Source: Tubiluchus corallicola
Taxonomy: Eukaryota > Animalia > Priapulida
Length of the DNA stretch: 64,000 nt
Reading direction: 5' to 3'
Assembly: GCA_030141605.1 (NCBI GenBank)
Contig: JAQGDQ010000048.1
Coordinates: 372,001-436,000, forward strand
A model generated the notes under the pieces. That model did no database searches. It was not told the origin of the DNA and worked only from the letters and a program-made list of their open reading frames with translations. Of the stretch, positions 51,501-64,000 are shown in pieces (position 1 is the first letter of the stretch; the number at the start of each line of letters is the position of its first letter). A program made the position numbers and the translations under genes.

Positions 51501-53573
51501 ACAATCACTGTTTTACAGTCAATAAGTTTACCAATATTTCTACTTGATTTAAAGAAAAACAGCTCTAGGTTTCCATAAATGTCTTCTACTGTAAGAAAAA
51601 TTTATTTACATGGATTCAATATTTAAAGAAAGTACAAACATATTTTATAAATTTCAATAACTAAGGTGCAGCATGAGTATTGCAGAGTACTACCTTCATC
51701 CATACAACCAACAGTAATAATAATAAATTAACAATGTTAATTTGCGAACATGTTGAATGTTGTGAAAACAGATGCAAAATCATAAAGGATGGTTTTAAAA
51801 AGTGCTGGCCGATTGGTAGTGAGTGTTGAATTATTGCTTAAATACATACTGGATTGAGACTATTGCACTGGTCAATAGGATTCTTGTAATCTGTTTTCAA
51901 TTCATCAAATGCTATCACCTGAAAAAGAGTCAGCAAAAATTAAAACTGGCAGTTTTAGCTGATTTTCCTTTCATAATTTTGTACTTATAAATTGTTCTAC
52001 ATTATAATTAAGAACTGGTGTTATACAAAATCACTAGCAATTACTAGCAAATTACTTACAAACAGTTACAGAGTAACTGACTCTTTGCAGAACACAACAA
52101 TCACATCTGTTGAAACTTGAAAGGTTTTCCCAGCAGGTCTGGCGAATATTTATTTAATTTCTATTTAAATAATAATGCAGCATACCTTATTCCTGAAGAC
52201 AAAAAGCAAGTTCCTATCGTCAGCAAATTGAAAGTTTTTTGAATTTTTTACACCATGTTTTATGTTCTGCACATAAAACAGAAGTGCAGAACCTTGTGAC
52301 ACTCCACGTTACCATAGCAGAGTGTCAAATATACAATTTTCGTATTTTACAGACTGACTCCTATTTGTAAAATAACTAACAAAGCAATTATTAGCAAAAC
52401 TCCTTATGCCGTAATCAAATATTGTTTCATCATTGGTTAACCATGTCAAATGCCCTTGACAAGTCACAAAAGGCAGTGGCTGCAAATATATTATTTTTTA
52501 TGTACATTCGACTATGTTTGCTAACATGTAATGGAGCCATTGCTGTGGTACTAATCCTACGGAATCCATATTGGGTTATCATTTAGTATATTTAATCATT
52601 TAGGTATTTAAAAAGCTAATTTGATCTAACTTTTTCGAGATACTACATATTATATACTTTATTTACTGTACTGTGCCTATGTATTATAATGTGAAACTAT
52701 TGAAAATATGAGTGTGAAAGTCATAGCTTTCGTTTTAGTTTTATTCACTAACAGGTTATAGTTTAGCACCAGACGCATTTGCCTTTAACAGCGTTTTAAT
52801 ATGTGAAAATATATTTTAATACTGAGGATTATCATTTTATTGTAATTCACTTTATGCCAACTAAAGTATATTACACACACACACATATATATATATCATG
52901 AAAATTTTAGAAAGGGGCAATAATGAAATAGGTCTGTAGTCATCAATGCTTTGGGGATCTCCAGTTTTAGATAAGGGTATTATTATTATCGACTGTTTAG
53001 TTTAGCTGGAACTTGGACAGTAATCAGAGTAGTAAAAAGAAAGAATTGGGATAGTACCTTTTGACCTAAAAATTAGGCATGATTCCTTGGCATTTGTGCA
53101 CATTTTTGGATTTCTGTATATTCATCTATTTTTCGATTTTTTTAATTGTCATTGGCGTCATTTGTTTAATTTTTGTCGTATAATTATGAGAAAGGTGGTT
53201 GACTCGATAACCATTGGCATTGGTTTTCATTACCTTTTCTCTTCTGTCGTTCTGTATAACATGTACGTGCTATTGTGTAATCAATGTAAGTTGAAGGAGA
53301 TAAATAAAACAATTCTATCTAACAATTTTAGTTGCTAAATTGGGCCCTATATTTCAAAAAATCATTAAAACAATTTGCAATTTTTTACTTCATTAATTTA
53401 AGCATTGTCAGGATGTTGGTATTGGTTCTGAAATAAGAAAAAAACAACTAGGCAAGACATATAATAAAACTTAATATCGTCAAGAAGCTTACATGAAAAA
53501 TAGCGAAAAATATGAGAAAAGCATCTAAAATTAACGCAATTATATAAGAAAAAGCCGCAAACGTGAAAGCCAT
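48540..53573 (-). CDS. CNIH1: Protein cornichon homolog (CNIH1/cni-like), 144 aa, 5 exons
   Basis: Exons 53493-53573 (MAFTFAAFSYIIAL), 51850-51918 (IAFDELKTDYKNPIDQCNSLNP), 50900-51012, 49718-49861 (RPVMSGPGLYDPTTIMNAD...QREGWVKMGFYLLSFFYFLY) and 48540-48567 (MIYVLVSN stop); 435 nt in frame. Confidence 0.96.
52180..53400 (-). mobile_element. Degenerate LINE ORF2 (RT) remnant in CNIH intron 1
   Basis: Minus-strand fragments in the expected order: ANCFNDFF, IPLSKTGDPQSIDDYRPISLLP, QYGFRRISTT, AFCDLSRAFDMVN, GVSQGS, FADD. Confidence 0.8.
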
Positions 53574-54478
53574 GATTGTTGGCGAAAACTGTTGCCAGAA
53601 ATGACGCATTGCTTTGACTGGTTACACCAAAGTTACTTACGAACCATGCATCTTATATAGTGGAACTTGAAAGCCTTGCAGCAACCTACATAGATATAAA
53701 GTAAAGCCAGCAAGTCGCATGTTCAAAGTTGGCAAAAGTATTAATAGTGCAAAAATATAGACAACATGAAAAATGTTTTTAGGATGAACTTTTGGAAATA
53801 ACAAACTACTGTGAGATGAACTACAGAAATAATAGAGCTATTCTATTATACACAGTGATAACCTTGAACAAGTATCATGACTAAAATAATTTGAATGAAA
53901 AAAAGATAAAAGGAAAAGTAAAACTTGAATTTGAACCAAAAACAAATAATGGGACCTAATTTAGAGTCATGAAACGCCGTGAATTTGATAAGGAAAAGAA
54001 AGATATAGGGACGTTTGAAAATGGGAATAGTAAACGTAAGTCACTATAATTAGTATGACAGTGAGATTTTTTTTCAAAACATGTTTTTATTTTTCGTACG
54101 AAAATAATCTTTGGTTCAACATGTTAGAGGTTAAAATTCAATTTTATTATAAAAGTTCGCATAAAGACGCTATGACTTGTTCTTTTTGTAAAGATGAATA
54201 TGGTACAATTGAACATGTTTGAATGTGTGTTTAGCCCTGTAAATGTGTGGTGTGTCAATGGCACGGAATAGGAAAATTCATAGAATATCGAAACGCTTTC
54301 TAGGAGTAATCAGCAATACTAGATCTACGATTGAAAATCGAAAGAAGTAAAGAATAGAGCTACGAAGAAGTGAGTGTAATTTGATCTTGCAGTCCCTGTT
54401 GTCTGCTTGCTATTTGCTGCTACTGCAAAGAGGATCATGACTGAACCACTGTAATCACTGTTAATGACTGTTATTAAA

Positions 54479-54642
<164 letters not shown>

Positions 54643-55685
54643 TTCCCTTATTTAATAAAAATCGTCAACAATTATGTATTAACTGAAAATAACTTCCAAC
54701 AATCGCCTTAAATATTGTTAAACTATTAATATTTTTAATAACTAAAGCAGTAATCCCATTTTACTTTTATACAGTTTAGCATACTTTAAGCTAAAACTCA
54801 CTACTTATTGCGCAGCCTATTAAATTTTAATGGCTATGGTAGAACTGAAATCTAGCTCATTATCAAGAATAGTCCTCTGATACAATACATTATACTGGCA
54901 AAAGTTTCTTAGTCACATTGAAATTTAGATCGAATTTTACACATTACATGTTACAAACTCGATAATTATAAATGTGTTTACAACAAGTATGTCGCCATAG
55001 GCATAAACATCGTAATTTACAAAATTACTGTTAAACTTTAATAGAGCCTGGTGTAGGTGCAACTTGGTAATTTTGATAATATTGCAGAGAATGACAGAAT
55101 ATTTAAGTTCAGAGAATGACAAACAAGTCACTTTAGAAATAAATTTGTTTATTTTCCTGCAGGTGACTCCACGAGGCCTAAAGTAAAAATTAATGAGCAA
55201 GCGCTGCGTTGTTCTTTATGGTTTAGTGCTCGCGCCTGGCAGACGAGAGATCTGTAATAATCACCCAGTCCACAAGGATCACAACTAATTGATAATTGGG
55301 ATGCCAGAAGTTTTTCATGAAACTACCGTCGTTAATGATGAGCACGGTCACGGTTCAACCGTTCGGGTGGCGAATAGTTCGTTCTGCTCAAAATGTATTA
55401 CTGCTCCACGTGACCACATCTAGTTGCGTATGTAAAAGCCACCCCTACAAACAAAATGGTACATCCTTGTAAACACTAAACACGTGCGTACGGTGTTTTT
55501 GAGTCTGACTTTGCTTGAAAGTTGTTCGCTGCACTGCAGACAGGAATAAGAAAGTGGATGTACGTTTATTGTGATTTTGTAGAAGGTTAATTGTGCATTG
55601 GATGTGGGTAGGAATAGTTAAAAATGTGCGTGTGCATCATCATATGGAAGAAATTACAAAGGATAAAGAGTTGTAATCAGCCGAG

Positions 55686-57085
55686 ATGGCGTCTTGTATC
55701 AAGGTAGCTGTGCGGGCACGACCGTTGTCCAAGAGGTGAGTATCCTATAGTCCTATCTGATAGTAACTGTATGTGTACTATTTGCAATTGACTGAACTAG
55801 TTTTTTTGTGTTAGACTAATTTTTCCTGTAGCGAGGTACGAGACTTTGAAATGGTTGGCGTGAGATTACGCTGTGAGAATGAGGATAGGTACTCGAGAAT
55901 GTTAGATGTGGCAAAATTGTCAGGAGTTGTGTCTTAAGCACTTTTATAATACTTAATGTTGGACAAATTTTGGTTAATTGCTTCGTGCGTGACCATTCAG
56001 GGGCAAATATTAATTTCTTTCTTTTGAAAGGTTTGGCCCACTGTATCTTTCGGACTTTATCAACGCTGAAACAGGTGATTGAAGTGACTTGGATGGTAGG
56101 GTGTGTACGATTAATGGGATTTAGTGGATTGTGCTGAACTGTTATTTCACGTCAGCGTGAAACTAAACTTAAAATACAGTGTCCAAAGTTTTTAGTGACC
56201 TTTTCTGCAAATTTTTCTTTTATGAGATAAAGTGATTGACGGTGGTAGTTTTATGGGCCCATAGGGCTGCAAATTATGTAATAAAAGTTTAACACATTGA
56301 TACTAAAAGTTCACAAAATCGCTCAATAATTAGGCAAATGGGCCAGCAGTATAGGTCATAGATTACAAAATTCCTGAAATAAGTTTGGAATTATGCAAGA
56401 TTTGTCATTTTGTAACAACTTACCAATTTCGAAAAAGTCAGTCAATTTTTCGTGCAAGTAGATGCATGGATGTACATAGTTCTACATACACTGTTATAGT
56501 GTGCAGTTGAAAGGTCAAAGTCACTAGTCACTGGTCTTTTAACATTTAACAGAAATTAGCATCCGGAGAAACCAGTAAATCAATGCATCAAAACTGGCAA
56601 GAAAGGCACCTGGGAAGTGATGTTGTATTAGAAATTAACCTTAGTCAAAGGTCAAACAGTCTCAGACTTTAGTGAGGCTTCTTAGTAATAATACAAGCTA
56701 GGGAATGCAAAACTCAATGCAAGAGCTGACAGAGCTAAAATTTTATAGGAACTGACAGTCTGACAGAACAAACCAAGACTGACCACTAATGAATGCTATA
56801 CCACTCCAATGTTTCTGTGTCATATATTTTGAGCCTCCAGAGAGAGGCATGACGTCCCGTTTGCACTAATGACCTTGAACCAATTTTAACAGTGAGAGAG
56901 AAGATGAGTCGAATGGGATTATTTGTTCAATGGACGGCGATGTCCTCAGTCTTACCAATGTCAAACTTGAAGGCGCTACGATCAGTGGTGTTGCCGATCA
57001 TCGGGAGAGGGTCAAGCACTTCAGCTTCGATCATTGTTATTGGTCAGTTTGTTCTGATTCACCAGAATGCATTACACAAGAAATG
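55686..57085 (+). CDS. Kinesin-3 family motor, N-terminal exons (STARD9/KIF16-like); gene continues beyond the window
   Basis: Exon 55686-55735 (MASCIKVAVRARPLSK) splices in phase 2 to 56893-57085 (SEREDESNGIICSMDG...TNVKL...DHRERVKHFSFDHCYWSV...TQEM, gtgagt donor). RPLSK and FDxCYWSV look more like STARD9/KIF16A than KIF16B. No P-loop exon found before 64000. Confidence 0.85.
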
Positions 57086-60000
57086 GTGAGTGTATTTATC
57101 AGTAAATAATAATAAAATGAGATAATGTGCGAGCAATATATAATGTGTTTAGTACTAATCTGTGCTGGTATTATTTCTCACATAGGTATGTGCAATATAT
57201 ATTGTTTCTATGCAGCACTCTGAATACAATTCATGAGTATGATCTCCACATAGTACTTACTGACTTTTTGGCCCCTCCTCTTTTTGTGCGCATTTCTTCC
57301 GAGCTGCCCTGTTACAGTTTTAACTGCAAAGTTGACAATTGTAAAATTGGTAAAATATGACACAATGAAAACAATTCCAAGACCTTGCATAAATTGTCAT
57401 AAAAAGTCGATGTGTCATTATTAAAAGTCAGAAATGGTGAAATTCATCCAGTAAGTCTGGCATTGTACACGATTTGTCATTGACCTGCATGAGTCACTTG
57501 TAAACAATCCATTTTTCTGAATCAGTTAACAATGCACAATGTTTTTGGGCCTTTCCTATCATCGTCTTTGTTATTGCTATCTTCGCTCATCAGCATAGTT
57601 ACCGCTACTACTGCTATCACCTTCTTAACCACGGTCGTTGTTGTCTGCATATTCATTTTCCTGGCTTGCTATTTTTTGCATTACTTGGTTAATGCCATAT
57701 AGGTCAGTGTCAAACAATCATCGTTACCATATACATAGGTTGTAGAAAATAAAGTTCACGTCTTTCTATGGAAACTACCTGTTTAACAGAATAGGGATAG
57801 TCTTGTTCAGCTGGGCTAGGCGGTAGGGCTGCATACAGGCAGTTTGCTTAGCATCCTAATTAATGTTTGAATGAACGTAACTTAAGCCGGTTAAACTATG
57901 CGAAACTTTGTAAAGTCACAAAATGTGAAATATACACACGGCTAATGAAGGTTGCTTTGAACTTGCAATTCTTCCTATGGGGAACAGATTCGGCGCTACT
58001 AAATATTTTATGACTGCTGGCTGAAATCTCATTCAGCATAGGCCAATGCTGTACGGAGACTTTTAAATTGTTTTTGAAAGTGTTATTAAATTTGAAGTCG
58101 GTTCAAGTCAGTGTCTAACATTTATGACTCATTCTCCTGGCATAAATTCTAACTCTTCTATCGTATAAGAAACACGAACTTCTAGGAGCTTAGAACTTCT
58201 TGTAAGCATCGTTCCGTAACCATGGTCATTTTAAAAGAGAAACGACCTCATTCTATAGATTCCCACATCTGTATAAGCATCACCATAGAGCCCGATAAGT
58301 GTTTTTTCTTTACATGCGTATTACTATGTGTTTACATTAGCATAACGGCTTCACGGTTTCAATGTTTTAACCGCTGGTTTTTCACATGTTTCATATTGCG
58401 CCGAGGATTGGTGTAATACAGCTTCTATATGGAAATCTGATCTTTGACCAAGGAAATTTATTGCGGGCATTCACAGGTCTATAACAGGTCCACACAGGTT
58501 TAACAACACGTAGTGTTATTAAGACCAAGTCGTTAACATAGATGATAATTTAGCTATTCGCCTATTAATTCTTTTCTTAATATCTTACATGAAATCTGTT
58601 TTGGCGAATGGTTGGGTGGATGATGATTGATATAATGTGGATTGATGAGTGAGTGAGTGTACAAATAATAAATGAACGAATGAAAGGATGTAATGTACGC
58701 CGTTTTGCTATTCTGTGTGTTGTGGATTATATAAACTTTACATAGTATTTTTTCGTTTCGTGTATTAAAGGCAGAGTAGTAGTTGTTTTAATCATGTTAC
58801 ATGTAATACATGTCGTAATAATATTTTTCTTTCGTTTTATTCTCGGTCGCAGATCATCTATAGTGATATGAATCTTGGCAGCCTTCAATCATCCACTGGT
58901 TATTATGTGGTTTCACTTTTTTAAAGTGTTTAATTATACAGAGGTTTAGGTATTCTAACCCTTGAAGTCACGATAAAACGGGTCATGAACTTGAACGAGA
59001 TGATTCAAAGCTTGAATTTTACGACTCTCCGGAACACGACAGATGCCGTTTTAATTGGAATATTTCTGTCTGAGGAGCAGATCAAGTTTGTATAAATAAA
59101 TTGAAAGTGGTACCCCTGATAAAAGATTTTAGCTGCCTCAAGTTTTATGGGTTGGCGCTGCTGCACTGTTAAAAATTGAAAGCTTTTTCAAAAGCATAAA
59201 CTGGGTTTCCCTTCGTGCTTTACCATACTTATATTTATGTGTTTATGGCGCCACACTAAGTTGGTCGTATTGTGTTACTGTTGGACGCTGACTCTGTTGG
59301 GTGAATACTGATAGTAATTATGCGGGTTTGACTTGTAGATGACTTGATTTGCTTAAAAATTGTATTAGAAATTCTAATAGCTAGGGTAAAGTTCGAACCA
59401 GCGGTCATTCCAGTTGCACAGACAGTGGAACAGTGGAAGAGCATTTACTGGCGTAAACAAACCATTTCAACTGTCGTAGTCATTCTTATGACTTACTGTA
59501 TGGCATAACGAGCAAAATTCATTTTGTTTATGACAAATTCTATTACAGCAGGACTTTTACTAACGTCACGGAGCTGCTCTTCTGCTTACATTTCTTCTTG
59601 CCCAGGAATGTAAACGAAAATTCCACCTGCAGTCTGAAAAACATTTCAGGAATTCTGTGCATTCTCGCGTGAAAATATTCTCAGAAAAAAATATTCCTGG
59701 TGAAAATTTGGCTTCATGGGCCGCCGTTTGTTGGAACTCCACATTGCTGGTTGATTATGCTAGTGAATGGTAGCGTATTTATAAACACTGCTTAGCAGAA
59801 TCTCTTCTAAATTGGATTCCATGTCATCTACCTCTACAACTGCATCTGCACATGTTACAGAAGTCTTCCGAAACTTGCCTTAATAAGAAAAACAAAATCA
59901 AACACAAGAGCCAGTGAAGTGGATAAACGTCGCATAAATTTATCATAGTCCTTTTACTGACATTATTTTGAACATATTAAAACTGTACTGCAGCCATATT

Positions 60001-60759
60001 CTGCCGCTTAAAAATGCTGAAAACTTTTCCCTGGCTAACAGGACTTCACGTACATTTGCAATTGAAATATTAAACTGTTCACTGTAATCTGTTTTTTCAT
60101 CTCTAACAGCTAAACAACAAAACAAGACAAAGTTTCTTGTTTCATTAATCGAGGAGCTTTGTTACAGTATTACAGTTTTAGTTTACCGTGACAGAAAATC
60201 GAGGAATCGATGTTCGTAAAAACTTGAAGTGAAGGTCTTGTGCTTCACATAACTAATTATAGCCAAGTTAATGCGTATTACTCTAACTGCTAGCATTTAT
60301 TATAAAGCCAAGCTTAGCATTTGGAATTCGCTACGATTTACAGAATTAGAGTGATTAGCAAGGGACTGTTTTTATTTTGTTAACCCGGAATGGCTAAACC
60401 TGCTAAAATCTTAAAGCAGTGGCTTGAATTATGACCGGTATACGCGTGTCCGAGGTCATAAGCAACTGGTGTATATTTAAACAAACGTGGCTGAAGACGC
60501 CTTTTTATGTTATTCAAGTCAAATTCAACAAGTAATTGATCTAGGGAGTGTCAAAGGATTCTCGATTGATTCTTACACAATTTTTCCCATGCAATCGAAT
60601 AGGCGAATGGGAAAATTCTTATTTTGCATATTTAGTGAGCTCATTTGCATACTTTGATTATTTGTGCCCAAATTTTAAATATGGTATAAAATTTATACAA
60701 ATTTCATTGTCAGTTATGTAAGATTATTGTAGTTAGCCTCCGTGTCCCTACATTAGCTA

Positions 60760-60905
60760 TATATAGTTAATTTATATATACATTAACATATATAAGATTA
60801 ACGTTAATATATGCTATGTATACATATAACATAATTATACATATAGTTAATGTACGATGCACATATACATTATACGTCTATGTGTATACACGTGTATATA
60901 TAGAT
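60760..60905. repeat. TA/CA-rich low-complexity tract
   Basis: Degenerate tatata/tacata runs. Confidence 0.6.
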
Positions 60906-63900
60906 CTGATAGATACTAAACTTTTGCTATTGTTCCCAAAAAATCATATTTTTAGTTTTTACTGAAAAGTTATTTTTTTAATGTATGATAAAAGTGTTTT
61001 GCATGCATTATATTTTTTGAGAATTGTAGTAATTAAAATAATTACACAACTATTTTGATTCAGTTTCAACTAAATGTTTTTCAATTAATGTGTATGTTTA
61101 AAAAATGTTGGTTCATGTACTTTGTTATAATGTGAAGTCAGTACCATACTCGCTGTTGCTACTAGTATTTTCTGCTGAACTGTGTTCTGAAATAGTTACT
61201 GCTTCATTAGCAGCTGTACTGGAATTAGATCACTGACAAAGTTTGCCCTTTTTTCTGCTTCTTCCTGGGAGGGTTCGTCTTTTACTACTGCAGATTGCGA
61301 TTCCATATCTGATAATCCATCAGTATCTTAACTGTGTTTGTTTGATTTTCATTTTGTGCTGACAAAAAGCTGGAGGCAACTGACATCGGTACGACAAAGC
61401 GCATCATTTGTAATTTGTCAACTTCTATTTGCTAATGCGTAATTTGCCAGCCTGAAAGTAGAATCAAGCTTGGCTTGTTTTTTGGCACTCATGCATGGCC
61501 ATCTTCATCTAAAAAGTTTCATCTCTTTTCCCTGGATATATTATTCGCCGAACAGAAAACAGTTCATGATCCTGTTTAAAGAAGTTTTTTGATCTCAAAG
61601 CTGTAAGATAAAGAACTGAATTTTCAATGATTTGATATTTCCAACAGTGAATGGATAAAACATGGTATTGCTATGAAAATGTGGTGAAACTCTGCACACT
61701 TCTTTTTACCATAATAAGCCACAACCAGTTTAATGTGCACTAAATTGTTCTTGTTTATCTTCACGTACTGTGTGTGAGTAATCATATGCCAAAAATATTA
61801 GAATGTCCATCTGCAGCACAAACTACCATTGGATTCTTAGATTATGACGCCAGTACTACCAGTATATCTGCCTTATGTTGATTGCATTCATCTAGCTTTT
61901 CAACATTTGGTTTGAGTCACTCACAAAGTCTTTGCCAGCGTAGAAGAAAGACTAAGCAAAGGTAAAATGATGAAACTAATGATGAATTAGCAGATATGGA
62001 GTAGTAATCTGCCAAAGTGAAAGACGAGCCGTCGTAGGAAAAAAACAAGAAAAAGGGCAAACTATTTCAGTGACACCTGATTCTAGTAGATGCTAATTGC
62101 GTAAAAATGTTTCAGAAGACAGCGCAGGGCAAATACTAGTAGCAACTGGTAATATTTGGTAAATGAATCTATGATTTCCGTTGACAGCCACATTGATTGA
62201 AAGCATTTTTAGCTGAAACTAGATCAAAATGGTTGCATGAGTCTTAATCACTTCTCAACAAATTTCATAATTTTAGCAACTCAGTTTTCTCATAAATTAA
62301 AAAAATAATTTTTCTGAGATGTTTTTGACCAGTAATAGCAGTATCTATCAAACCTACGTAACTTATTACAACGAAGTGTATTGAAAGCAAATGTCGACAT
62401 GCAAGTTGTATGTGATATTCTTCAAAATATTTAAATTAGGTTATTAATTATTTAAGATACCAAATGGCGCACGTGCTTATTTGGTTGTTAGAGGAAGATA
62501 CACAAGGTACAAAATACAGAAATTCTGACGTAAGTTGGTTTTAGTTTGCAGACATTTCGAGAACGTTTTACTGGAAACCGTATTTGCATGCAGTTTTCAT
62601 GTGTATGTTAGCATTTACAATTTGTGCTGCTTGAGTGTAAAAAACGACTCTTGTAATATTCGACATTTTTTCTAACTAAATTAAATCTTAAAGCTGCTAA
62701 GCTGTTTTGCTGACATTTGGCTCTTGCGGTAATTTTTAAAACTATGAACAACCTTTAAAGATTTGAGGACATGAAAAATTAGTAAATATACAATCTCGTC
62801 ATTTTAAACTTGCAAATTTTTCAATTTGCAGTTGTCATTTTGAATTCCAAAGTAGCTTCCAAAACTGTATTTCAGATATTTTAAAAATATATTTTTTTCC
62901 TTAGATTAACCTTATATGAACAATTACATATTTTTCAGCCTGTAAGCTTGTAGTTCATTGCCCCAATATGCAATAGTGATATTGAGTTTTTCATTGGGAA
63001 AAAAAGCTGAAGAATGTTCTGTGTTGGAAAAATTTGATTTTAGTGGGATTTACACCTAGAAACAGGCATCAGACAACATATGCAATAAGCATTAAGCAAC
63101 TTTGTCGCCTGAAAAATGGGGGCAGGATGTAAGTGAATTTACTCCATACTGTAAGCCATGTTGTAGTTGATAATTTGGTTCTTAGATGTGAGGTTTGCGC
63201 TAAAACCATGAATTACATAGAGGGGTAAAACTGGGAAGTTTTCATGCAGGAGCCTAAAGAACATGTATTAAATTGGTCATGTAGGCTCGTAAACGCTCAT
63301 TAAGAACTTTCGTGTGTTTTTAAGACAGAGAAGAATACTGAGCAAAGTTGCCGACACGCCATGATTACTAAACTGTCTCAGGACATGCTGTGCCTTGCTT
63401 TACTAAATAGTTATTGGTGATGATGGTGGCTAAATTGCTCATTATTTAATTAAGGCAACTAGAGGCACCTTGCATACATAGTTAATCGCCGTTGTTCTGT
63501 AGTAGTCATCGTTTCATGATTAGGATTATGATGATATCATCGTGACTTTATTAATTATGAATTACTTGTTTGCGCATTTATCTTCAAAAGTTATACCACA
63601 TCGTGTGTAGTTATGACAATTAATTAATCACAATGCTTAAATTATGTTAATTGTACGAGGCTCTAAAATTTGGTATCAGACCGTTCCAGGTAGAGTGAAA
63701 GCATCGGGACTGTCATGGACTGGACTCAAGTCTTCTCTTCATGTTCCTAGCATGTGCCGTTTATTTGGTAACCAGACTATTTAGGTCTTATTAGGATCAA
63801 TGGTTTGTTCAATAAGATGTAATGATTTTTGAGAAGTACGTTTTAGCGATTATGATATCATTCCGAGCATGCTGGCAGACGGTTAGTAGTAAACTCGTAG

Positions 63901-64000
63901 TTCAATGACAGCTCACTGATTCGCAAGATTGTGATTGCCATAAACTTAATATGTAATTTACAGTAAAGAAAATTTCTTTCAACACAGTTTTAATAATAAT

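Noticed and set aside
58853-58920. Candidate third kinesin exon after a good acceptor (IIYSDMNLG)
   Set aside because: It lacks the expected GYNxxxFAYGQTGSGKT continuation, so exon 3 is probably beyond the window.

Overview
This is an AT-rich, intron-rich animal (probably invertebrate) genomic window, not a prokaryotic one. Most entries in the ORF track are spurious or are exon fragments. Genes reconstructed by eye from GT-AG boundaries and frame continuity: (1) a retinol dehydrogenase (RDH11/12/13/14-type) SDR locus on +, about 1-24.4 kb; (2) MEMO1 on - (9 exons, 297 aa); (3) glia maturation factor GMF on + (about 142 aa, ATG exon uncertain); (4) cornichon CNIH on - (5 exons, 144 aa); (5) the first two coding exons of a kinesin-3 (STARD9/KIF16-like) on +. 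The most striking feature is the modular RDH locus. Three-exon C-terminal cassettes (A = catalytic YxxxK exon, B = substrate-binding exon, C = terminal exon with its own stop and polyA) repeat in tandem without their own N-terminal exons. All start in the same splice phase, which implies one shared NAD(P)-binding half spliced to alternative C-terminal halves. A second copy of the 5' half seems to come from a partial duplication with complementary cassette loss. An orphan but conserved catalytic exon (A3) may share the terminal exons of the downstream copy. The rest of the window is DNA-transposon/MITE and LINE remnants and microsatellites. All alignments were done by eye.
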